40,000 nucleotides of DNA from Natronincolaceae bacterium (GTDB taxonomy: Bacteria; Bacillota; Clostridia; Peptostreptococcales; Natronincolaceae), in the NCBI GenBank assembly GCA_048264125.1, contig JBLXDM010000002.1, positions 318,005 to 358,004 of the forward strand, written 5' to 3'. Shown here piece by piece: positions 18,248 to 27,487 of this stretch. Numbering within the stretch: position 1 is the stretch's first letter; each line of letters starts with the position of its first letter. Position numbers and translations under genes: made by a program. Under the pieces are notes generated by a model. The model saw nothing but the letters and a program-made list of their open reading frames with translations. It was not told the origin of the DNA and did no database searches.

Positions 18248-18450
18248 CTGCCTACAAGCTTTTCTTTGATTTCCTTGACATCATCCTTAACATCCTCAAT
18301 AATATTGAATTTGCAGGAAAGCTCTTGAATGATATCCTGATACTTTTCCTCTCTTTTACTATTTTCCTTTAATACATAAAAAAGAAGGTAGCCAAATAGC
18401 ATTGCAAATATTCCTTGGCTTAGAAGTTGCTGTATTATTTCATTTTCCAT
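18244..18450 (-). CDS. BhlA/UviB-family holin-like protein
   Basis: 68 aa. QGIFAMLFGYLLFYVLKENSKREEKY matches the BhlA signature (QGPFAVLF..LLFYV.K..KERE). A C-terminal coiled coil follows. It has a 4-nt overlap with the amidase start. Confidence 0.8.
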   Translation of the reverse strand: MENEIIQQLLSQGIFAMLFGYLLFYVLKENSKREEKYQDIIQELSCKFNIIEDVKDDVKEIKEKLVGR

Positions 18451-18512
18451 TTTGACACCTGCTTTCTTTGGAGATTGGGGGAAGCGGGGCTTCCCCGATT
18501 GCCCCTCCTCCT

Positions 18513-18539
18513 AAAATAAAATAACACCGTATAGGTGTT
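18513..18539 (-). terminator. Weak terminator-like hairpin between the tail genes and the lysis cassette
   Basis: The minus strand reads AACACC-tatac-GGTGTT followed by ATTTTATTTT. The stem is only 6 bp. Confidence 0.3.
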
Positions 18540-18616
18540 TGATTGGATGCGAGTTGATTTGTGGGATTTGAGTTATTGAGATGATGTATTTTTTGATTTA
18601 GTGTCGCAATAAAATC

Positions 18617-18754
18617 CTATGGTGTAGGATAATCCTCACCTGTTACTTCTTTGTTTTGCTCTACGGTTATCTTGCCTACACGAACAGCATCTACTACCAT
18701 TTCCTTAGTCCATAGTCCTTGGTCATAAAATCTTTTTATTCTGTCGAACCACAT
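18617..18754 (-). CDS. XkdX-family small phage protein
   Basis: A 45-aa ORF below the track cutoff. It reads MWFDRIKRFYDQGLWTKEMVVDAVRVGKITVEQNKEVTGEDYPTP, which matches the XkdX pattern (W..RIK.YY..GLWTKE.V...V..GKIT.E.Y.EITGE). Confidence 0.8.
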   Translation of the reverse strand: MWFDRIKRFYDQGLWTKEMVVDAVRVGKITVEQNKEVTGEDYPTP

Positions 18755-18755
18755 T

Positions 18756-19163
18756 TTACATTCCCCCCATCATAATTTCATACCATAGCATTGCTAGCTC
18801 TGATTCTGTTGCACTTGCTTTGTCCTCTAATATCATTGCGCTATACCACAATTCAGCAACCTCAATCTCTAAGGGGTCTGGTGCTTGCGGTTCGGACTCT
18901 AGTTGTTCGAGTATCTCTACCACTTCGTAAATTACCACAACTTCACCTTCTTTTACTTCATAACCACCACGCTGTAAGTAGTTCGTTTCGTGGTTATACT
19001 CGGGCAGTTCATCCCTTATGGGTAGCCAGCCCTCTTGAAGTAGTGTTTCGTGGTCAAGTAGATTATAACCGCTTACGCTGCTGCCGTCTTTCAGGTAGCC
19101 TGTCTGCGGTAAACCTACTTTTGTTACTTGGTTGTTTTCTACTAATGCATAGTTCATTTTCAT
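18756..19163 (-). CDS. Phage hypothetical protein in the XkdW position
   Basis: The ORF is 18756..19205. The likely start is ATG 19163 behind AGGAGGG (MKMNYALVENNQV...). It lies between the tail-fibre genes and the xkdX-like gene. Confidence 0.5.
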   Translation of the reverse strand: MKMNYALVENNQVTKVGLPQTGYLKDGSSVSGYNLLDHETLLQEGWLPIRDELPEYNHETNYLQRGGYEVKEGEVVVIYEVVEILEQLESEPQAPDPLEIEVAELWYSAMILEDKASATESELAMLWYEIMMGGM

Positions 19164-19168
19164 CCCTC

Positions 19169-20407
19169 CTATTCGTACCATTTTCCATATAGACGTATAA
19201 TCCACGGAGCGCTTCTTCTATCTTCAAACATAAATATGGGTAAATCAAAATCTAGTATGTCGTGACACATCTGCGTGTTTATATAACTAGGAGACGTTGA
19301 ATCTGTAATTTCAGTTATACTTGACCATGTTCCACTATTGGTAATCATGCGTAAGTTATATACAGCAGAGCCTGTGCTTGCCTTTGTGCCAGCCCATATA
19401 ACATAAATTTTTCCATTTTTATCCGCTATAACATTTGGCCTTTGCTGATTGTAAACATTCCCAATAGTTAATTTCGCCGGAACACTCCAATTTACACCCC
19501 CATCCGTTGAAGTACAGTACCGTATGTTAAATGTCCCTGTGTTTACACTATCCCTGCTCTCCCACACAGCGTGGATTATATTAGTGTTCTTATCATAGAA
19601 AGTAGCAACTTCCCTTTGGGTGTAACCTTCAGAAAATATATGAGGGGCTTCACTCATTATCCATGAACTAGAAGGCTTCCTCCAACTTCTAATTTCATAA
19701 ATACCAGCATCACTTCTGAACCAAGAGGCTACAATTACTGGTATATTACTAGTTGTTGATTCAATGGAGATAAATTGATAATTATAATTTGTGTTAGTAT
19801 CAAAACTGACTTGTATAACAGTGCCCCATGCTATTGAGTCATCTGAATTAATAGTCCCAGCTCTATATCTTATATTGAAAGACTGTGAATAAGTCGCATC
19901 TTTAGAAATCCATGCACAATATATGGAATTTTTAGCCGGATTGAGGCTCATGGTTATGCTCCCAGATAGGCCCCCTGTAGAGTTAAATGTAGTTTGATTG
20001 TTTGCTATATCCACGGTTGAAGCTGTTATATCCTCATAACTAACTGTAGTAGCGTCAAAGTGTACAAAATAGCTTCTTACGCCTCCTGCCGTGCTTGACT
20101 TAGCCCAAAAAGCATAGACTGTATTCCCTCTACTTGTTATAGCCGCACCAGCGGCACTTTCTGAGTTTGAGTAAACTAATGGTGTCCATGTATGTCCGCT
20201 ATCCTCAGATTTTTCAAAGAAGATTGTGTCTGTTGTACTCGTATTCCTCAACATAGCTATTAACCAACCATTTTCCAAACGAATTATTTTCTTGCCACCA
20301 CACGCTCCTCCAGTGACTATATTGGTTGTTCCCTCTTTAATTGTTGGCATTGTACTTCTATCAATTAACCTTTTGCCACCGCCCATTCTCATTCTTGTGT
20401 CTAACAT
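19169..20407 (-). CDS. BNR/Asp-box repeat (sialidase-like beta-propeller) tail-associated protein
   Basis: 412 aa. Canonical Asp-boxes are SEDSGHTW and STDGGVNW, and blade-like strings recur (GNTVYAFWAK, NSIYCAWIS, GKIYVIWAG). A TAATG overlap joins it to the tail-fibre gene. Confidence 0.75.
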   Translation of the reverse strand: MLDTRMRMGGGKRLIDRSTMPTIKEGTTNIVTGGACGGKKIIRLENGWLIAMLRNTSTTDTIFFEKSEDSGHTWTPLVYSNSESAAGAAITSRGNTVYAFWAKSSTAGGVRSYFVHFDATTVSYEDITASTVDIANNQTTFNSTGGLSGSITMSLNPAKNSIYCAWISKDATYSQSFNIRYRAGTINSDDSIAWGTVIQVSFDTNTNYNYQFISIESTTSNIPVIVASWFRSDAGIYEIRSWRKPSSSWIMSEAPHIFSEGYTQREVATFYDKNTNIIHAVWESRDSVNTGTFNIRYCTSTDGGVNWSVPAKLTIGNVYNQQRPNVIADKNGKIYVIWAGTKASTGSAVYNLRMITNSGTWSSITEITDSTSPSYINTQMCHDILDFDLPIFMFEDRRSAPWIIRLYGKWYE

Positions 20408-21702
20408 TATAAAGTTACCTCACTAATAGCCTGTGAGCCTATCCATTTTGTACCGCCATCGAAAGTAAAGAATGTATAGACTGCTGTTTTATTCGCAGTA
20501 GGCACAGCAGGTATTGTACCATTAGCCCACCTCACAGATGCAGGGAAGATAATAGATACTGCTGTTGCAGGTTGAGTGACAATGAGAGTAAGCGAATGAC
20601 ATTGACCACTTGTCGCAGGATTATCAAAAGTAAAGGTTACATTGGATGTTAATGTGTATCGGTGTACATTACCATAATTTAAATTTACAGATACACTAGC
20701 TCCAACTCCAGATATAAATATAGTCTCAGTATAGTTTTTGATTTGGGGTGCTGTTAGCAAGTTCCTGCCAAATGCAACCTCTCCAGTGAATGTATCGCCA
20801 TTAGCATTTACTAATTTAGTCCATGGTTGCCATATTTCTTGAAAATGATGTCTTATCCACATTTCCCTTAATCCACCATTATATTTGACCGCAATTTGGC
20901 ATCTGTTTGATTCTATGGCTACAGAAGAATGAAAGAATGTCTGTATGTGCCAATAATAGGAGGAACTAGGGGAATTAGCATGATTTGTTACCATATAACC
21001 ACGTAGTACAGTGTCGGGGTCATCAGTTGTTGCGGCGACGTTTAACATTGGCATTTGTTTTACATTATCCACATTAGGATTTGATTTAAATTGCAACCAA
21101 GTTCCCCACGCGTTAGTAGTTATTTTTGACCTAATATAAAAAGCAGGATTTACATTTCCTCCTATATCGTGAGGATAAAATGTTTGCCATATATATTGAG
21201 TATCATTAAATGTTGTACCTAACCTTGTTGCTACTTCTAACCTACCATATATATTACCTGTAAATGGTGCGTTAGCTAGTCCTGAGCCAGTGTGAGCCAC
21301 AGAATAATTTCCTACAGATAGGGCATTATTAAAGTCTACTACCTCGCCTAAATATTTAGAAGGTGCAAATTTATCTAAGGCTTCTTTTGTCCTTAGTGGT
21401 GTCATATATTTTTCATTTGAAGTTCCTGCTTGCGCTTCAGTTTGAGAGGCTGTCCCGTGTGCCGTACTATCCGCTTTATGCACAACAAAGTCAGTCTCCA
21501 ACTCATCTATGGCTGTGTTGATATTACACAAACTTAGCCCCTGAGCCTCAATGCTATCACTCATGGTCTGAGTCTTACCCTCCAATACCCCAAAGGCCTC
21601 ATCAATCTTCATATTATCCTCAACAAAATCCTGCCGCTTTACATATTCATTGCCCATCCATTGGTTTAAACCAAGGCTTTGGGTCTTTTCCTGACTTGGC
21701 AT
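20407..21702 (-). CDS. Phage tail fibre protein
   Basis: 431 aa. It follows the baseplate genes. It carries the fibre motif HKADSTAHGTASQTEAQAGTSNEKYMTPLRTKEAL and a knob-like domain shared with the 33871..34695 protein. Confidence 0.8.
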   Translation of the reverse strand: MPSQEKTQSLGLNQWMGNEYVKRQDFVEDNMKIDEAFGVLEGKTQTMSDSIEAQGLSLCNINTAIDELETDFVVHKADSTAHGTASQTEAQAGTSNEKYMTPLRTKEALDKFAPSKYLGEVVDFNNALSVGNYSVAHTGSGLANAPFTGNIYGRLEVATRLGTTFNDTQYIWQTFYPHDIGGNVNPAFYIRSKITTNAWGTWLQFKSNPNVDNVKQMPMLNVAATTDDPDTVLRGYMVTNHANSPSSSYYWHIQTFFHSSVAIESNRCQIAVKYNGGLREMWIRHHFQEIWQPWTKLVNANGDTFTGEVAFGRNLLTAPQIKNYTETIFISGVGASVSVNLNYGNVHRYTLTSNVTFTFDNPATSGQCHSLTLIVTQPATAVSIIFPASVRWANGTIPAVPTANKTAVYTFFTFDGGTKWIGSQAISEVTL

Positions 21703-22250
21703 TATATCGCCTCCTTATATGCTTCTAATTGCTCCCATGTGAGATTTAGGACATCCCAAGCCTGCCAGCTTTTATTAAAGTCATCAAATTCACTCCAGGT
21801 CAAATAGTTAAACCTGAAGCTGAAGGGAAGGTGAGCAGGCTTAATGCTATTGATGGTGTCCTCAAGGTCATTTAAATTGGGAGGTACACCCCTAGTGCCT
21901 ACAAAGCTTATGACAATGGAGCCATCAAAGCTCACCTGTACCTCTCCATTGGAATAGGCCTCAGCCACCAGCTGTATGAGCCGGGCATCTACCTTACCAG
22001 TGCCCCGCCATTTTGACTTAATGACACTCCTTCGCTCCTCAAGGCCTTTGCTTAAGTCGGTTTTTATACCCAGCTCTGCCTCATATATCTCCAGGCCCCA
22101 TGTTGCCGTGTCAATATTTAGCTGCTGCCTAATCTCCTCAATGCTTGCCTCTGCAGCCTCAAGCTCCTTTTCCTCGCCTCGGAAGATTTCATTAAATATT
22201 TGGGATTTCCTCATAAATATGGGAAGGTAATTAATCAATTTAGTCCTCAT
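21702..22250 (-). CDS. Baseplate/tail protein, XkdU/YmfQ (gpI-like, DUF2313-type)
   Basis: 182 aa. It reads YLPIFMRKSQIFNEIF...ATWGLEIYEAELGI....LEERRSVIKSKWRG and lies downstream of the baseplate J gene. Confidence 0.75.
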   Translation of the reverse strand: MRTKLINYLPIFMRKSQIFNEIFRGEEKELEAAEASIEEIRQQLNIDTATWGLEIYEAELGIKTDLSKGLEERRSVIKSKWRGTGKVDARLIQLVAEAYSNGEVQVSFDGSIVISFVGTRGVPPNLNDLEDTINSIKPAHLPFSFRFNYLTWSEFDDFNKSWQAWDVLNLTWEQLEAYKEAI

Positions 22251-23310
22251 TGATAGCTACCTCCCCTAAAACAGGAATCTCATTCTCCTCCAGATAAATA
22301 TTTGTTGCACCGCCATTAAGGGAGAGATTCGTATAATCAACTATGCCTGATGTTTGGAGAATCAAGCTTCCTATAATTGCATAGCTAATATAACTGTCAG
22401 TAAATGAGACCTCTCTAAAATAGCCCCTAAGAGACTCCCTTACCGCCGCTTCAACCGCTTCCTTTGTATAGCTTCCCTCCAGCACTGCATCGAAGGATAT
22501 CTGCAGGAGCTTTGCCACAGCACTTTCAACAGTACAATGGGCTCCAATTGGTGCTGCTCCCTCTCCTGCTCCAGCGGCATTTGGGTCAATATGTCCCTGC
22601 ACCATTTCTACTATTTCAGAGTCTGCCGGCTCCTTTAGCTCATTGATTATGACCACCTTAACCGTGTTGTCACCGGCCCATAGTGGAAATACCTTTGCAT
22701 CGCCAACCCCCTGAACCTCCTTGGCCCAGCTTTTATAATGGGCTCTATTGCCGCTGGTGGTGGGGGTCTTTATTCTCTCATAATATCTCTGCAGCAGGGC
22801 CTTATCACCTTCTGCTTCAAACCCATTGTTGGTGGGCTGTGGATTTGTTGCCTCTGTTATTCCTGCTATGGTTATAGGAATACGCCTTACTTGATTGGCA
22901 GGTACATTACCAACAACCCCTTCAGCTAAGCATTGAATCTTAACCAGTGCTAAGCCGGCAACATTCCGTGTCTCAATTGCTTCAAACTGTATCCCGCTTT
23001 CTGTCTCAAACAGACTCCCCATTGCTACGGTACCATTACCCTTTACCTCAACCTGACCTATGGCCTTGGTGGCGGCTTTTCTAGTTAAGCCTGTCATCTG
23101 ATAAATTTTCTGCTCCAGCTCAGCTGCCGACAGCTTTTCAATATCCAGCTTTTCGGCTACTATGCTCATATCCTTATACATTTCTTCCAGTCTAATGGCT
23201 ACAGGCTTGGTGGCATCATATATAAAGCTGCCCTCTGTTTTGTCATATTCGTTGCTTATCTCCTGCATGATATCATCATGTATTTTATTTCTTTCCTTTT
23301 CTTTAAACAC
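22240..23310 (-). CDS. Baseplate J-like protein (XkdT/gp47 family)
   Basis: The call rests on 356 aa length, its position, and a J-like N-terminal region (EGSFIYDATKPVAIRLEEMY). Confidence 0.85.
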   Translation of the reverse strand: MFKEKERNKIHDDIMQEISNEYDKTEGSFIYDATKPVAIRLEEMYKDMSIVAEKLDIEKLSAAELEQKIYQMTGLTRKAATKAIGQVEVKGNGTVAMGSLFETESGIQFEAIETRNVAGLALVKIQCLAEGVVGNVPANQVRRIPITIAGITEATNPQPTNNGFEAEGDKALLQRYYERIKTPTTSGNRAHYKSWAKEVQGVGDAKVFPLWAGDNTVKVVIINELKEPADSEIVEMVQGHIDPNAAGAGEGAAPIGAHCTVESAVAKLLQISFDAVLEGSYTKEAVEAAVRESLRGYFREVSFTDSYISYAIIGSLILQTSGIVDYTNLSLNGGATNIYLEENEIPVLGEVAINED

Positions 23311-23728
23311 TCAGCATCACCTCCTGCTCTATGGCATTGTTCACATTAAAGAAAATAGTTAGGCATGAGTTATCCTTTTCCAGCTGCCAGCCGCTGATAT
23401 TCATTACCTGTGGATTCTTCATCAATGCCTCAGTAATCTCTCTTTTTATCTCGCTTTTTATATACTCTATAGGGAGATTCTGACCTACGATTAAATCCTC
23501 CAGTGATACACCATAGCTGCTTGTGTAGATTTCATGTTTTCCCTTTTCGGTCCTCAGGAGCTTTTCAATCCAGATGCTTAACGCCTCCTCATCACTGGCC
23601 TCCACCAGTCTTCCATCCTTCATTACAAAGTCCCCACCTTCAAAATCAAATAAAAAGGACCTACCCTGTTGTAAGCCCTCATTCGATTCCGGTGATTCAA
23701 TTTGTAGATATCCTATCCTTGGTAGCAT
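23303..23728 (-). CDS. Baseplate wedge protein, XkdS-like (DUF2634/gp25-like fold)
   Basis: 141 aa. It reads FLFDFEGGDFVMKDGRLV...IWIEKLLRTEKGKHEIY and overlaps the J gene. Confidence 0.7.
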   Translation of the reverse strand: MLPRIGYLQIESPESNEGLQQGRSFLFDFEGGDFVMKDGRLVEASDEEALSIWIEKLLRTEKGKHEIYTSSYGVSLEDLIVGQNLPIEYIKSEIKREITEALMKNPQVMNISGWQLEKDNSCLTIFFNVNNAIEQEVMLSV

Positions 23729-24079
23729 CTAAAAGCTCACCGCCTTATCTAATACATAATATTTCTGTTCATCCTTTGTGGGGATTATGATCACCCTATC
23801 ACCTGCCTGAAGGGAATCTGTAAATTCAATTTCACCCTCCGCAGTAAAAGGAGCATCAACGTCTAAAAATTCAATGCTTCCATTAGCCCGATAGCCTCGT
23901 TTATGGTCCTTTAGCATATGGGCTGCAAAAATCAAATGCTCCTTGGTAAGAATGATTTTTTCCCCTAAGGCCACTTTAATATCCGGCAATGGTGAAACCA
24001 CCCTTCCCAGCTGTACCCCTGAATTAACGATGTTATCCCTAGCCCTGAGGAGCTTCGCCAGCTCAACTATACCATTCAT
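23729..24079 (-). CDS. Baseplate spike/plug protein, XkdR-like (DUF2577-type)
   Basis: 116 aa. It reads GVQLGRVVSPLPDIKVALGEKIILTKEHLIF and is in synteny. Confidence 0.7.
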   Translation of the reverse strand: MNGIVELAKLLRARDNIVNSGVQLGRVVSPLPDIKVALGEKIILTKEHLIFAAHMLKDHKRGYRANGSIEFLDVDAPFTAEGEIEFTDSLQAGDRVIIIPTKDEQKYYVLDKAVSF

Positions 24080-25050
24080 TCAAACACCCCCAAATCTAAG
24101 GTCATGGTATGAATGCGGTTTTTAACCACATGACTGCAGCCCTCAATTATATAGAGGCCCTTCATCCCTGTAGTCTCCTCCTCTATTTCTATCAATCTTC
24201 CAGCCCTGACCTCATCATGACCCATAATAGCTAAGGAGCTCTTTTCTGTAATCCTGCCGCTCTCCTTCAAGCTGTTACTGCCAATGGCTATTGCCTTTCC
24301 CCTATTGGTATCCTCCACCTCTATTACCTGCTGCAGCAGACCATATTTTTCTATAAGCGCCTCGTCCTTTGCTGTATGGATAACATCATTGTTGTTCACC
24401 AGCTTTACACTGTTAAACATTTCAGTTATAGAAAGACTCCTTGAGGGGCCTCCTATTGAGGTCTGAAGGCTATGCTCCTCCAGATTTGCAGCCAAGCTGA
24501 AGAGGCCCTCCACCCTGAGGATTTTTTGAGGCTCAACATAAAGCTTTCCTGCCCTCATTTCCATAACATATTTATCACCAGTCTCAGCCTCCACTGTTGC
24601 CAATATATCTCTGATGATGTCGCTTAGGGCTTTATCTTTATAGATTTTATTTATTGTAGCTGCTATACTTACAACATTTCCTATAGGTATACTGAAATCC
24701 CTTAAGATCTGAAGTATCGCGCTTGTAGCAGAAATTGAATTGAATTGATAGACCTCTTGAGATTTATTGAGATAAAAGGAAAAGTCCATCGCGGTATATT
24801 GAAGGGGCTGCCTTCCGCTTCTTTGCTCCGATACTACTATTCCTCTAAATACCTCCCCCTTGTTTTCAAGCATTATCATATCGCCTATGCCGCAGGGGTT
24901 GGCAGGAAAAAATCTGGTATCATTAAAGGCTATATTAAAGCTTAGCTCATCCCCCAGCTGGTCTATACTGCTTTTCCAGCTTATTTCTCCCACCAAAGGG
25001 GTTATGTTTATTCTTTCATCCTTCTTTATAAGCCAAAGCTGATGAGCCAT
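24076..25050 (-). CDS. Baseplate hub protein, XkdQ / late-control-D-like
   Basis: The call rests mainly on size (324 aa) and position between the XkdP-position and XkdR-like genes. Confidence 0.6.
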   Translation of the reverse strand: MAHQLWLIKKDERINITPLVGEISWKSSIDQLGDELSFNIAFNDTRFFPANPCGIGDMIMLENKGEVFRGIVVSEQRSGRQPLQYTAMDFSFYLNKSQEVYQFNSISATSAILQILRDFSIPIGNVVSIAATINKIYKDKALSDIIRDILATVEAETGDKYVMEMRAGKLYVEPQKILRVEGLFSLAANLEEHSLQTSIGGPSRSLSITEMFNSVKLVNNNDVIHTAKDEALIEKYGLLQQVIEVEDTNRGKAIAIGSNSLKESGRITEKSSLAIMGHDEVRAGRLIEIEEETTGMKGLYIIEGCSHVVKNRIHTMTLDLGVFE

Positions 25051-25051
25051 A

Positions 25052-25474
25052 TTACACCTTCTCCCTCTTTAGCTGAATGAATTTGAATTCCTCCAGGCTT
25101 AATGTATAATATATATCCCCGCTGCCATTGGACACGCCATAGGTGAAGTCCTCAATCGTGCAGGCCATATTTATAGGAGTATTTGTAATAACCAGCCTAA
25201 TGGGAAGCCTCTCGGACATCCATGCCTGCAGCCGCTCAACATACTCCCAGCCCATATACCTTCTGGCCCTTAAAAAGGGATAGTTCCTTACTGGAAAGAA
25301 TGACTGAATGGATATGGATTTTAGCCCCTCCATTCCTATTAGCTTTATATCCCCCTGCGAGATTGTCTCATAGGTTTCATTTTTTTGGGGATGCTGAAGG
25401 GTAAACTCCTCTGGAACTACGGGAAGCCGAATAATTTCTTTCCTATTGTTTATAGATAAAAAGACATCTATCAT
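25052..25474 (-). CDS. Tail protein in the XkdP position (no LysM motif seen)
   Basis: 140 aa, immediately after the tape measure gene. The call is positional only. Confidence 0.5.
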   Translation of the reverse strand: MIDVFLSINNRKEIIRLPVVPEEFTLQHPQKNETYETISQGDIKLIGMEGLKSISIQSFFPVRNYPFLRARRYMGWEYVERLQAWMSERLPIRLVITNTPINMACTIEDFTYGVSNGSGDIYYTLSLEEFKFIQLKREKV

Positions 25475-25486
25475 ATGCTCTCCCCC

Positions 25487-27292
25487 TTACATATTGGCTA
25501 ATGTAAACTTCAGCCTTGTAACCATTTCATTTACAACCTCATCCGTTGACATATTACTGCCATTTATATTTATTGTGATATTGGGTGCATTACTAGCCCC
25601 TTCAATCAAACGCTGTGACTTATCCGCTGGTATAATGGCTTCGCCGCTGCTTAAGTGTCTGATCTCCCCGCCACGTTCATGCAGGAGGGCAAGGCCTCCC
25701 CTTGAATAGGTGGTTCCCATAGCAAAGGCAGGAATTTTAGGTATATCTATGCCAAAGCTCATGCCCCCATATTTAGGCACCCAATCAGGAACTGTAAAGT
25801 TAATTTGGTTTACACCGTCTATTACCATGTTGATGAGTTCAGCCGCTGGTCTGAAAAATGATAGAACCCCTTCTAGGGCATTGTTAAAGACGTTTTTGAA
25901 AAAGGTAGATACGTTTCCATATATCGACTGGATGCTCTCCCATAGGACTAGTGCCTTTTCTTTAACGGTGTCCCAGTTCCGGTATAGTGCGACGCCAGCT
26001 ATTATCAATCCTCCAATAACCATTGTAGCAATTCCAAGGCCAGAAGATAGAAATGCAGTTGCCGTTGCCAGCATATACTTCAATACAATCGTTATTGCAA
26101 CATAAGAATTGTATATGATGGTGTTAATATTGGCAACCAGCATCGCTGCATTATAAAATGCCAACGCTCCAGCAACACCCCAAATAATTGGCTCAAATAT
26201 CACCCATTTATCCTTTATAAAATTGTACAATTTTATAGCTCCGTTGCATATTTCTCCAATGGAATCAACAATACTTGGCAAGCCAACATTTTTCATCCAA
26301 TCCAAGATTGGCTTAAAGAGCTTAAAAGCATTATCAAAGGTTAATCCTATGTTTTCCGCACCTGACCTAAGCTCATCGAGGATTCCCCTTACACCTTCAA
26401 AAGCAGGCATATTTTCATTAATTTTTTCCTTTATTTTTTCAAAGGCATCAAGTCCCCATATCCCTACCTCCTTCATAATTCTACCGAAGCTTTTAATTTT
26501 TTCGGTTAAAGTATTTATCATAGGAGCATTTCTCACAATAGCCTCTTTAATTCTTTGGAAAACATTTACCGTTATGCTGTGAATATAGGGGATATATTGT
26601 ACAAACCACTTTGCCAGCCCACCTTGAAGACCTAAAACCACCATTCCAACCTCTTCTTTAACATCAGCCCATGCATTTTTCATATTTTGAATTCGTCCTA
26701 TATCTGTATCTGCCATGGTTTGGCTTAAACCACCAATATTGTCATTTAGGATTTTAGCCAGAGTGCTTGCTTTATCAGATTCCTTCCCATATTTTAATAT
26801 TTCCCCTTGGGCAAAACTGAATTTCATACCTGCTTTAGCGAGGACATCTGTTTGCCCTGTCATTACAGCTGCCAGCATATTCCCTGTGTTTGCAGCATCC
26901 TGCTGAGTTGCAGCTACCCCATGCTGTAGAGCTATCAGATCATTCATTCCCGGCAATAATGCCTTTATTGTCTCTGTCCCCAATTTATTGGTTGCCAGCT
27001 GCTTTACACCTGATAGCTGTACTTCATCACCTGTTACCCCTAATTTCTGCAGCTCATTAGCATATTTTTTAATACCCTCGATCTGTTCAGCTGTTGCTCC
27101 ATTCAAGCTCTTCATTACAGTTTCCATATTCATTTCAGCAGCCATCTTGTTTTTAGCAGCTGAAATGCTATCCTTAACAAATTCTTTAGTTGCTGCTAAT
27201 CCAATCTTTTCGTACTTCTTAACTAAAGCGGCTGCACCTTTTAAAAACTTATCGTATGCATTAATTTGTTTTTTTTCAATATCTGTAGACAT
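25487..27292 (-). CDS. Tail tape measure protein (module 1)
   Basis: The ORF is 25487..27310. The likely start is ATG 27292. It has a helical Ala/Lys-rich N-terminus, a central hydrophobic block and the C-terminal motif GTTYSRGGLALLHERGGE. That motif parallels GTNYHPGGLALVGERGPE in the second tape measure. Confidence 0.85.
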   Translation of the reverse strand: MSTDIEKKQINAYDKFLKGAAALVKKYEKIGLAATKEFVKDSISAAKNKMAAEMNMETVMKSLNGATAEQIEGIKKYANELQKLGVTGDEVQLSGVKQLATNKLGTETIKALLPGMNDLIALQHGVAATQQDAANTGNMLAAVMTGQTDVLAKAGMKFSFAQGEILKYGKESDKASTLAKILNDNIGGLSQTMADTDIGRIQNMKNAWADVKEEVGMVVLGLQGGLAKWFVQYIPYIHSITVNVFQRIKEAIVRNAPMINTLTEKIKSFGRIMKEVGIWGLDAFEKIKEKINENMPAFEGVRGILDELRSGAENIGLTFDNAFKLFKPILDWMKNVGLPSIVDSIGEICNGAIKLYNFIKDKWVIFEPIIWGVAGALAFYNAAMLVANINTIIYNSYVAITIVLKYMLATATAFLSSGLGIATMVIGGLIIAGVALYRNWDTVKEKALVLWESIQSIYGNVSTFFKNVFNNALEGVLSFFRPAAELINMVIDGVNQINFTVPDWVPKYGGMSFGIDIPKIPAFAMGTTYSRGGLALLHERGGEIRHLSSGEAIIPADKSQRLIEGASNAPNITININGSNMSTDEVVNEMVTRLKFTLANM

Positions 27293-27329
27293 CTCTTCAC
27301 CTTCTTTCAAGGAAGATAAAAGAAGGAGC

Positions 27330-27470
27330 CTATTTCATGCTCCATCGCTCCTTCTCCTCTTCAAAATACAGCTCCATACTGGCTGCCATCAGCAGCCTTT
27401 CATCATAGCTTAGATTAATTAGATAATCCAGCCTGAAGCCCCTTTGCAGGTAGTGATGCAGAAAGTACAT
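27330..27470 (-). CDS. Small ORF in the -1 frame downstream of the chaperone gene (probable frameshift extension, gpT-like)
   Basis: A 46-codon ORF below the track cutoff (MYFLHHYLQRGFRLDYLINLSYDERLLMAASMELYFEEEKERWSMK). It has no good SD of its own. It is in the -1 frame relative to 27488..27886. Confidence 0.5.
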   Translation of the reverse strand: MYFLHHYLQRGFRLDYLINLSYDERLLMAASMELYFEEEKERWSMK

Positions 27471-27487
27471 ATCTCCATCACTACTTA

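Noticed and set aside
25052-25474. A LysM-containing XkdP homologue.
   Set aside because: No LysM-like motif is visible in the 140-aa product, so only the position is shared. It is annotated generically.
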